52,329 nucleotides of DNA, taken from Escherichia virus TH53. Location of the stretch: the sequence record MT446419.1; one strand, given 5' to 3'. Shown piece after piece: positions 9,169 through 17,334 of the stretch. Numbering within the stretch: position 1 is the first letter of the stretch; the number at the start of each line of letters is the position of its first letter. A program made the position numbers and the translations under genes. A model generated the notes under the pieces. That model made no database searches, had not been told where the DNA came from, and saw nothing but the letters and a program-made list of their open reading frames with translations.

Positions 9169-9398
9169 CGTCATCCGAATTTACCATTGATGGAGTACCG
9201 TACTTACTTGAATCCAGTTGCGAATATCGTCACTGGTCAGTAATTCGCGACCGAGTAGTTAAATTCTTGGAGCGAGTGGGGAAAGATGCGGCTATTCTGA
9301 CTACAGCCACAGTAGAAGGAACAACCGAAATCAATCGGGAGCTTGTATCTTTTAAATTAACCATCAACCCAACAGGAAATCCATTCCGTGAAAGTTGA
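9165..9398 (+). CDS. hypothetical protein
   Basis: AAGGAAG RBS; ATGA overlap. Confidence 0.5.
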   Translation: MTSSEFTIDGVPYLLESSCEYRHWSVIRDRVVKFLERVGKDAAILTTATVEGTTEINRELVSFKLTINPTGNPFRES

Positions 9399-9657
9399 AG
9401 AACTAGCTGACCATCTTGAGGCAGCAAAACAAGAGCTTGCAACTCACTCAGAACGTGTTGAAACACTGAAAGGGCAAGGTTCAACAGCCGAAGAAATCCA
9501 GCTATTTACAGATAATATCTGGTTTTCAATGAATCGTGCACAGTTTATTCAGATTCAGGAAGACCGCCTTGCTGAATTGGAAAAGCGTGTTAAAACACTT
9601 GAGAACTTGCTCGTAACATTGCAAGAAACTTTGGACCAGGAGCTGAAAAATGTCTAA
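9388..9657 (+). CDS. hypothetical coiled-coil protein (GTG start)
   Basis: Charged heptad-rich ORF. Confidence 0.4.
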   Translation: MKVEELADHLEAAKQELATHSERVETLKGQGSTAEEIQLFTDNIWFSMNRAQFIQIQEDRLAELEKRVKTLENLLVTLQETLDQELKNV

Positions 9658-10048
9658 TGTTAAGCTGGGCCAACGTTCTCTTGACCGATTAAAGGGCGTA
9701 AACCCTTCATTGGTGGCAGTTTTCAAGCGTGCATGTGAAACAATGCCGTTTGACGTGACTGTTCTTGAAGGATTGCGCACTTATGAGCGTCAACAAGAGC
9801 TTTTAAAGCAGGGTGCAACCAAAGTTTCAGTTAGCCGACACATGTCAGGCAATGCTTTAGACATTGCACCATACCCAATTGACTGGAATGACCTCGAACG
9901 ATTCCAAATTGTAGCTGAACATATGTTCAAAGCCGCAGAAGAGCTTGGAATTGTCATTCGTTGGGGCGGAACATGGGAGCGTTCATTCACTAAGCCAGTG
10001 AAATGGGCTAAATTCCTAGACGCACCACACTTCGAACTTCCAGCATAA
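9650..10048 (+). CDS. peptidase M15 family (VanY / L-alanyl-D-glutamate peptidase-like) muralytic enzyme
   Basis: Seen: SRHMSGNALD (SxHxxGxAxD zinc-binding signature) and DAPHFEL (second His). No signal peptide. Confidence 0.75.
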   Translation: MSNVKLGQRSLDRLKGVNPSLVAVFKRACETMPFDVTVLEGLRTYERQQELLKQGATKVSVSRHMSGNALDIAPYPIDWNDLERFQIVAEHMFKAAEELGIVIRWGGTWERSFTKPVKWAKFLDAPHFELPA

Positions 10049-10068
10049 CTTCATCAATGGAGCATCCG

Positions 10069-10347
10069 ATGAATTACGAAGATATCCCAAGAGAGTTGAA
10101 TGCACTGGAGTCAAGAACCATCCGTGCAGAGAATATTCTCCACCAGCACCTATCAATTAACGTAGATGATGAAAAGAGGATGCGGTACACTATGGAACTT
10201 GACGATGTAGTCTACACTGTCAGTTACAACGAGAAGGCTGCTATCCTCAGTGCACTTATCAAAGGCGGGAATGAGCGAATCAATCAACTTAAGATTCTGG
10301 ACACAGAATTGAGAGGTACTTGGGAGAAACTAAATGCAAAACGATAG
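10069..10347 (+). CDS. hypothetical protein
   Basis: ORF in track from 10057; ATG at 10069 has the better GGAG spacing. Confidence 0.45.
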   Translation: MNYEDIPRELNALESRTIRAENILHQHLSINVDDEKRMRYTMELDDVVYTVSYNEKAAILSALIKGGNERINQLKILDTELRGTWEKLNAKR

Positions 10348-10882
10348 CATTGCTCAAGCAGTAGAACAGCTTAAGTCCTGGCGTAGAGATGAAACCTTAT
10401 TGGTTCGTTTCTACACAGGCGAAACTAATTCTGAATTTGTAGATGCGTGGATTGATGGCCTGTCTTGGCGTCACTATGATTTCAACATGCGAGATTATTT
10501 GCATGAAGAGTACGGCATTGAATACCCAGAAGACGGTACATATGACGTAATTGAATCAAACGAAGAAGATGTTACCGAAGTTTGCTTTGCCAATGGGCTA
10601 TTCAGCATTCGTAAATATGATAAGTTCAATGAGCTGCTTGTTGACACCGATTTGGATGTAATTCTTGCAGCATTCCGCAGTGGTGAGATTGATATTTTCA
10701 CTGTGGATGATTTGAACGACATGTTCATCACACGTTGCGACTCAATTACAGAATATTTGAAGCAAAGTGAGGCACTGGATATTCCAGACCGCCTTGCACC
10801 ATATATTGATTGGGATGCAATCACCAGAGATTATGGAAGTGACTACATTTTCTCTGAGGGAATATTATTCTTAAATGCGTGA
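10334..10882 (+). CDS. highly acidic protein (candidate DNA mimic)
   Basis: Seen: very high D/E content across 182 aa. DNA-mimic function is inference. Confidence 0.5.
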   Translation: MQNDSIAQAVEQLKSWRRDETLLVRFYTGETNSEFVDAWIDGLSWRHYDFNMRDYLHEEYGIEYPEDGTYDVIESNEEDVTEVCFANGLFSIRKYDKFNELLVDTDLDVILAAFRSGEIDIFTVDDLNDMFITRCDSITEYLKQSEALDIPDRLAPYIDWDAITRDYGSDYIFSEGILFLNA

Positions 10883-11114
10883 TTTAAATATTGCTGAACT
10901 TGAGGCTGGATTGATTGTTCACCACCAGCCTAGAAACACTTTCTATCGTATTCTTGGGCCTACAAAGATTAAAACTCACTGCGGAAGTTGGGTGGATGGG
11001 TTTGCTTACCAGGAAGTGAAGAAGTACGGGGACCATACTTTCTTGAGTATTGACTCTTCTACTATCTACACACGACCGAAAGAGCTATTTGACTCAGATT
11101 GGAAAACACTATAG
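10875..11114 (+). CDS. hypothetical protein
   Basis: ORF with weak RBS. Confidence 0.4.
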   Translation: MRDLNIAELEAGLIVHHQPRNTFYRILGPTKIKTHCGSWVDGFAYQEVKKYGDHTFLSIDSSTIYTRPKELFDSDWKTL

Positions 11115-11183
11115 TTCCAGGCGGGTTTCTTCGAAGTGCCAAGCGGGTTTTGTGCTCGCATTGGCCTTCGGCTTTAGTCTGAA

Positions 11184-11200
11184 ACATTAGTGGGATTTGG
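11184..11200 (+). promoter_or_regulatory. motif ACATTAGTGGGATTTGG, copy 4
   Basis: Preceded by TCTGAA as in copies 5 and 6. Confidence 0.45.
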
Positions 11201-11324
11201 TTCTGGCCACTTAGGGAAGAAAGGCATTATACACTTATCGCCAAATGGGTGTCAAGCATTTTCTTCATTTATTTTAATTTATTCTTATTATTCTTTTTGT
11301 TTGGAATATTGGAATAATTCTGAA

Positions 11325-11343
11325 ACATTAGTTGGAATTGAAG
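11325..11343 (+). promoter_or_regulatory. motif ACATTAGTTGGAATTGAAG, copy 5
   Basis: Tandem with copy 4, about 140 nt downstream, separated by an AT-rich stretch. Confidence 0.5.
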
Positions 11344-11979
11344 AAACAACATCAGATAATAACTTTGTAACTCGGTAGACCGTTGCGGCCGCATCGTGTG
11401 AGAATGTTCGACTCATTCTACAAAGTTATTTTCGATGGAATGTTTCCATCATATACATTTATCTTTTAACATAGGCCATAGGGCCGGAATACTTCTTCGC
11501 AGAAAAGCTATTCACTTGTTATAGGCGATGTATTGGGATGAATTGGAACTAAATAAGCAAGCTGTTAGGGCTGAATAATTAGAGGGTCATGCCTCATGCT
11601 TATGTTAGTCATTCGAAAATAGGTTTGTGCCACAAGCTGCTGGTGCTCTGAGGAAGTCGGACAAACAGGGCTTAGAGTGGCATAATCCGCACAAAACCGC
11701 GCCACCAGCTATGCCAAAGCAGGTGGATTGGGTGAATGTATTGGGAAGGGTTGCAAAGCCTCTGTGACACGCCTGAGCCACAAGGCGACGACACTCATGT
11801 GATTAGCGTATCGCACCCTAACGGGAGCAACCCTTCACCAATGCAGTTATCCAGAATTGACACAAACGGTAGGCAGTGGCCCGATTTTCGGCCTTCCTGC
11901 GCTACTCTGTGGCCTGTTTCCTGGGCCAAAAGATGAGAAGAGAAGTCACAAACATCGAATCGAAAATTGGAGAGTTCCT

Positions 11980-12270
11980 ATGATTCGCAAACATTCTATC
12001 CGGGTCATTAAGGCCCGCAATATTCACACAGGAGAGATGGAAGCATTTGCTTTCTTGGGTGGAAGGTTTTATTTATTTGGTTGGGAAGGAAGCAATTCAA
12101 AGTTTGCATTCTTTATGAATATGTATTCGATTAAAGAGTTGTTAAACAATGCGACCTACAACCCATCTTTCATGGAATATTGTTTCGGCAAGCCAGTCGA
12201 ACATCTTCTATCCAAATCCTTCATTTACAGCTGGACAACAGACCAGCCAATGTACGGAGTTCCATTTTGA
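11980..12270 (+). CDS. hypothetical protein
   Basis: ATG with GGAGAG 5 nt upstream; the track ORF extends to 11857 but that start lacks an RBS. Confidence 0.45.
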   Translation: MIRKHSIRVIKARNIHTGEMEAFAFLGGRFYLFGWEGSNSKFAFFMNMYSIKELLNNATYNPSFMEYCFGKPVEHLLSKSFIYSWTTDQPMYGVPF

Positions 12271-12557
12271 ACTTACAAGACAAATCTAAAGAAGAGTTGA
12301 TTGAGATTATCCAGAAAGAGCACGAACTCGCTGGCATCACGATTAACTTTGAACTCCAGGCAATGCAAGCTGTTGCTTTGGGGCATGGTCTAATGGCTAC
12401 ACTCATTCATGCCAAGAATGTGTTAGGCGTTGACAACGAAAAATACCAAATTCTGGAGAAAGCTGCGCAAGAGCGGATTTCGCAGTGCTTGGTGACATTA
12501 GTTGATTTGGGAATCGACGCAGAAACTGCGAACAAACGTATCCTACAAGGCCACTAA
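12267..12557 (+). CDS. hypothetical protein (TTG start; alternative ATG at 12180)
   Basis: GGAG 7 nt upstream of TTG overlapping the upstream stop; start uncertain. Confidence 0.35.
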   Translation: MNLQDKSKEELIEIIQKEHELAGITINFELQAMQAVALGHGLMATLIHAKNVLGVDNEKYQILEKAAQERISQCLVTLVDLGIDAETANKRILQGH

Positions 12558-12558
12558 A

Positions 12559-13233
12559 ATGTCTTATCATGATGATGACAAAGAGATTGCACTATCAACG
12601 TGTAAGCAATGGCTCAATGATAATGATGCCGTCTATCTTGCCAAGGAAGATGTTATCATTATGTGGGTCCATTTTAATCCAGAATCGAAGCGCGGTGAGT
12701 GGCAACGCTACAAGATGAAAGAGGCTTGTCGCATAATTAAAGCCACACGCGCTGGCTTCTCTGCTATGAAGTACATCAAGCCAGAGATGCTAATGCTTGC
12801 TGCACAGGAAGAAGAACGTGCATATAAGCAAGCTGTTAAATCTCGTTCAACTGTTCCTCCAGAGTTCTTTAATTTGGAGCGCGCTGGACACTTCAACAAT
12901 TTAGAAATGTTGACACTGTGCCTGTTGCAAGAATTAGTTGGAAGGGGTCAAAACATTGAAGCTGTTTGTCTTGGAGAACTCATGAAAGAGTTGTTCTCGG
13001 CAAAGGGCTTTGCTGTACCAAATCGAACTTTACGCTGGAAATTGTTGCGAGCAGTCGCGCAAGAAGCTGGTGTAGTTGTTCGTGACAGAACTAACCGACT
13101 TACCGTAACAGGAGTTGGGCGTTTTGTAGCAATCCAGATTGAGGGTTATGACGAATCAATCATCACTGAACTCACTGTCGCTGAGACAAAGGATTTAGTA
13201 AATAAAACACTGGAACGATTCAATAGGTATTGA
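12559..13233 (+). CDS. hypothetical protein
   Basis: First ATG after the upstream stop; no motif recognised. Confidence 0.5.
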   Translation: MSYHDDDKEIALSTCKQWLNDNDAVYLAKEDVIIMWVHFNPESKRGEWQRYKMKEACRIIKATRAGFSAMKYIKPEMLMLAAQEEERAYKQAVKSRSTVPPEFFNLERAGHFNNLEMLTLCLLQELVGRGQNIEAVCLGELMKELFSAKGFAVPNRTLRWKLLRAVAQEAGVVVRDRTNRLTVTGVGRFVAIQIEGYDESIITELTVAETKDLVNKTLERFNRY

Positions 13234-13262
13234 GTCGTTTGACGAATCAGAGCAGTTCTGAA

Positions 13263-13283
13263 ACATTAGTTGGATGTGGAAAG
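13263..13283 (+). promoter_or_regulatory. motif ACATTAGTTGGATGTGGAAAG, copy 6
   Basis: Ends 74 nt upstream of the ATG at 13357. Confidence 0.55.
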
Positions 13284-13356
13284 AGAAAGGCTCTTTAATT
13301 TTATCTAAGTCACGTCACCGTGGCGTGCAAAACTATTCAATATAAGGTATATACAA

Positions 13357-13695
13357 ATGGCTAAGATTGTAACCGTAACTCAGTACGAAGCTAACGATGG
13401 TTCCCTGTTCCTGACCGAAGCAGAGTGTAATGCACACGACTTCAAACTGGAAAACGGTGCTAAAATTGAGAAAGCTGCCGAAGCGTACCTGAACACCGTT
13501 GGTGCTATCGACCGTTCTCGCTCCATGCAGAAGAACACCATCGAGCAGTTCCTGGCATTCTACCTGCCGTGGGTTGAAGCTGGTGAGCCGGAAGTTGAGC
13601 GTACTAAGTTCGATACTCCGAAAGAAGCTAAAGTTGCTGACGCAAGTGTTGCCGAAGCTGCCGAAGCTGCGGTTGAAGAAGCTCCGGTATTCTAA
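13357..13695 (+). CDS. acidic, alanine-rich protein
   Basis: Strong RBS, own promoter-like motif, acidic C-terminal tail ending in F. Confidence 0.6.
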   Translation: MAKIVTVTQYEANDGSLFLTEAECNAHDFKLENGAKIEKAAEAYLNTVGAIDRSRSMQKNTIEQFLAFYLPWVEAGEPEVERTKFDTPKEAKVADASVAEAAEAAVEEAPVF

Positions 13696-14851
13696 GTTGC
13701 CGACGGCAAACTTGAGAGACTAAGCTAAATCGATCTGGCATGCACTGGAAGTTTTCCGGTGCTGCCTTGAACCCATTCTGAAAGGAAGAGTGGGCTTCAA
13801 TGAGCATTCTTGTGATTAGAGTTGGGAGGTAGGCCGATGCCCAATCTCGTGGCCCAGACAAGAGTGTTCATTGAAGTTATTTCAATATGGATGTACAGTG
13901 GAATGAGAAGCTTCTCCGATAAGAGGAGTGAAAGTAGCTGGAGGACATGCCCACAGAACTGACCGAGACCCATTACAGTAGTAGCGATTCACTACCGCGA
14001 AACAGTATTGAAATTGGCAACGGTTCATGCGGAAGGGCATCGGTGAAATCTACGTTCAGTACGCGTGGTGAAATGAAGGAGTAGTGTCCTGAGAATTAAC
14101 CCTGTCTGGTTGAATGCCAGAGTCCATATTGAAGTAGTTTTCTGAGTCTTACGACGGGCCTAAACTGCCTGGAGTTATTGCGACTGTTTTATTCATTTAA
14201 AATAAATGCAAATGATTCTGAAATGCGAGTTGCGGCTTAATTAAATTTAAGTCCTCTCCGTGGTCTTCCAATCCCACGTAACCAAATTTGGCGCATTGTG
14301 GCTTCGAGATGTGATTAATAAATCGGAGCAATAATTAATTTGTATTCTGCGATGCAATGCAGGCTTAAGTCCCTCAGTGCGCGTGGGGATGTGACAGAGT
14401 ACAAACTTAATTATGCAGTTGGATATTTCTAGAGGACGGACGAGCACACTGGAATGTCTTCAATTGGTTTAGTGTGAGAAGCTATGCCAATTTGAAACGT
14501 AACTCCTTGAGGAAGTGCTCCTCTGGATTTCCCTCCACACAGGAATCTCAAGCCTGTGGCAGCGACTTCGAAGCTGCACTGCGTAACCTAATTCACCCTA
14601 AAGTGAGTTGCCCTGAGCATGGAAATAAACTGCTCTAACCGATGGTATCTACAAAGGTAGATTAAATCAGGTTGCCTGTTGGTACTTGGGTTCAACACCT
14701 GCTTGCACTCGCAAAGTAGTGCCTCGTACCTGAGATGAAGTGAGTCGGGACCATCAATCCCACGTTATGTCAAAACACAGTAGGCGACTCACGGATTCTA
14801 CAAGCCTCGCAGTTCGGGAAAACCTGCGTTACCAAAACCCTCCTATTCTTT

Positions 14852-14944
14852 GGACGAGTAGCTCAGAAGGTCTGCTCCAGAGCTTAGTCAGGTAGAGCAA
14901 TCTGTTCGACAGATGTGTCGTTGGTTCGAATCCAACCTCGTCCA
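14852..14944 (+). tRNA. tRNA-like element: canonical acceptor stem and T-arm, non-canonical D/anticodon region
   Basis: Seen: acceptor GGACGAG / CTCGTCC, T-arm GTTGG-TTCGAAT-CCAAC, D-arm halves GCTCAG and GGTAGAGC separated by about 24 extra nt, hairpin TCTGT-TCG-ACAGA. I could not fold a standard anticodon arm; isotype undetermined. Confidence 0.5.
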
Positions 14945-15122
14945 CCCACTTTCAACAATAACATGGAGTCCTCATGGACATTGATGCACTAGACAATTTG
15001 GACTTCGGTGCTGCCGAAGAAGCAATTGAAGAACTCAAAAAGAAGCAGGACGAAGAAGCAATCGTTCCTGGAGAAGGCGATAACGATTGTACAAGTGGTG
15101 CATGCGCCATCTAAGGTGAATC

Positions 15123-15359
15123 ATGCAACAGCTTAAATCAATAGTTCTTGGCGTCCTGACTGCATTTGGTATTCTTATTGCAGTGTTCCTCAAAGGCAAA
15201 AGCTCAGGCAAAGCCGAGGAGCGTCAGGAAGCCACAGAGAAGCAACTAGATTCATTAAAAGAATCTATCGAGATTAAATCGCATGTTCAGAAAGAAGTGT
15301 CTAGCAGTTCTGATAGCAATGTCGATAGTGAGTTGCTCTCAAAGTGGGTTCGTAAGTGA
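15123..15359 (+). CDS. i-spanin-like protein (Rz-like)
   Basis: N-terminal TM segment IVLGVLTAFGILIAVFL followed by a charged coiled-coil region; the next gene is embedded in another frame. Confidence 0.55.
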   Translation: MQQLKSIVLGVLTAFGILIAVFLKGKSSGKAEERQEATEKQLDSLKESIEIKSHVQKEVSSSSDSNVDSELLSKWVRK

Positions 15360-15492
15360 TTATTGCTTAATTGCACAACCAATCTATTTGGATGTTGCAG
15401 AAGTGAAAATCTTATCGCGCGAAACCAAAACACAGATTTTAGTCCACAATGAAACGTGGGCACAAAAGTGTTCGAAACTTACCCGACAGTGA
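15283..15492 (+). CDS. o-spanin-like lipoprotein (Rz1-like)
   Basis: Signal peptide with lipobox IVSC (MFRKKCLAVLIAMSIVSC); starts inside the i-spanin ORF in the +1 frame and runs past its stop. Confidence 0.55.
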   Translation: MFRKKCLAVLIAMSIVSCSQSGFVSDYCLIAQPIYLDVAEVKILSRETKTQILVHNETWAQKCSKLTRQ

Positions 15493-16396
15493 GTTGAACA
15501 TGGCCTAGCTAGTTGGTGGTGTAAAAGACTGACCAAGGTGACGACAGCCAAACAAATGCTCGCCATCGCATGAACAACATTTGGCAGTCCGGTACGGGAC
15601 TTTAAATACACGTACATTATAGTCGAGGGGGTGCGCGACTTTAAATAACGAGACTCTAGCCACTTGTGGTATAGCAGGTGTAATTCCTGCAATTGCTCTG
15701 GGCATAACAATTGAAATTGCTGCCTCGTATTGAACGCGAGAAAGTTCAGGTAGTCACTTCCTAGAACAGTGGCCGGGAACAGACCTAGACAAAAGTGCTT
15801 GAGAACGTTAGCTCTGTCTTGCCAGCATTAATGGCACGTTGGCCGCGTAAAGGCCACAGCGTCTGACCAACGTATCGGTCGCCAAATTCAATGGATTCGT
15901 AGAGTTAATTAAACCTGCACGATGGGATAGGGATGTAGCATCCGAGGCCGACTGTGTAATTGTGAACTTATCGTTCGCCGAATCCGCCAATTTACCTCAA
16001 CAGTTATGCCTCTGTTCAAAAGGCTCAAGAGAGCGTCTGGCATACCGTAGCGATACGGCTTAGTTGCGCTGATTGTGTTGTGCAGAAAGAAAGTTCAGGC
16101 TTTCGTTTGGGTTACTCCTCATCCCGAAGTTAGCTGGATTCAAAATCCAGACTATGTTCCTATACACATGAAATATGCAAGTCGAGGGTTCTTAATGTTC
16201 AAACATGATGCGAGCATTAAGCGGGTTTATACTTTTCCCCGATGGTCCCCATAAACAAGGCTGATTCACTTGGGCGGTTCGAATCAAATTTAATAAGTGT
16301 CTTGGCCGCAGTGGAAACATCATTTAAGCCAATGTATTGTAATGTTCGTAATAGTCCACGTCAGGACACTTACTTAAATTTTAACCGGAGAGAAAC

Positions 16397-16627
16397 ATGA
16401 AAACTGCTGAAATTGCCGAAGAGATTTATAAGGCCGTAATAGCCAGTCAAATTACCAGTGAAGTCCTGCACATGGATATTGAAGAAGTTCGCAATGCCTT
16501 TGGCGGTTTTGCAATCTTGTCAATAGAAGCTGCGGAAGCACTGACAAACACGTACAATCAACGCGAATATGAAAAGCGTTCTGTACTAAATGCGTCGCTA
16601 AAAGAAATTCAGGCGTCATTAAAATAA
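16397..16627 (+). CDS. hypothetical protein
   Basis: RBS context AACCGGAGAG, repeated before the next gene. Confidence 0.5.
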   Translation: MKTAEIAEEIYKAVIASQITSEVLHMDIEEVRNAFGGFAILSIEAAEALTNTYNQREYEKRSVLNASLKEIQASLK

Positions 16628-16683
16628 TACCATTATCATGGTGCGGAGCTAATTTATCTCCCACCATATGAACCGGAGAGCAA

Positions 16684-17334
16684 ATGATTACTGCAACACT
16701 CGTTGACCACATGGGCAGCGACCTCACAACTGTTAATGCTGCACGAGCCTCTTATGGTGCAGAGTCCCACGAGATGACATTGCGCGACGAGAAGCTGATT
16801 GAATTTCTCGCAAAGCATAAGCACAATACACCTTTTGCCCACGCGTATGTAACACTACGTTGTACAGCACCAATCTTTATTGCGCGGCAGCTTGGCAAAC
16901 ATCAAGTTGGTTTTCGCTGGAATGAAGTTAGCCGTCGTTACAAAGATGGCGAAGCAATCGAAATTGAATGCTTTGTACCTGATGTGGTGTTTGGTCGTCC
17001 TGAAAAGTTGATGACTCAGACTGCACAACCATTGCCACAGGATTTTGCTGACGATATTCACTATCGCATGGAAATCCACAACAAGGCTTGCATTGCAGAG
17101 TATGAAACACTAATTGGTTTGGGGATTGCTCCAGAACAAGCTCGAATGGTGTTGCCACAATCTATGATGACTACATGGATTTGGACTGGTTCTCTGCTGG
17201 GCTGGGCCAATATGTACAAGCAACGCTCTACAGAGCACGCCCAATATGAGGCACGTTTGTTTGCAGAAGAAGTTAATAAAATTATGTCAGAGTTGTTTCC
17301 TGTTTGCTGGGAGGCACTCATTAAACAGGAATAA
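16684..17334 (+). CDS. ThyX-like protein (flavin-dependent thymidylate synthase family) with divergent signature
   Basis: Seen: KHQVGFRWNEVSRRY where ThyX has RHR-x7/8-S-xRY; ThyX-like N-terminal VNAARASYG and C-terminal TTWIWTGSL...HAQYEARLFAEEV. Confidence 0.6.
   Translation: MITATLVDHMGSDLTTVNAARASYGAESHEMTLRDEKLIEFLAKHKHNTPFAHAYVTLRCTAPIFIARQLGKHQVGFRWNEVSRRYKDGEAIEIECFVPDVVFGRPEKLMTQTAQPLPQDFADDIHYRMEIHNKACIAEYETLIGLGIAPEQARMVLPQSMMTTWIWTGSLLGWANMYKQRSTEHAQYEARLFAEEVNKIMSELFPVCWEALIKQE

Noticed and set aside
14260-14775. Repeated CAATCCCACGT with tRNA-end-like context as an attP core
   Set aside because: No integrase, recombinase or repressor ORF anywhere in the window; the gene content points to a virulent phage.
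14974-15117. 47-aa ORF with GGAG RBS just after the tRNA-like element
   Set aside because: Too short and unsupported by any motif; left out of the features but could be real.
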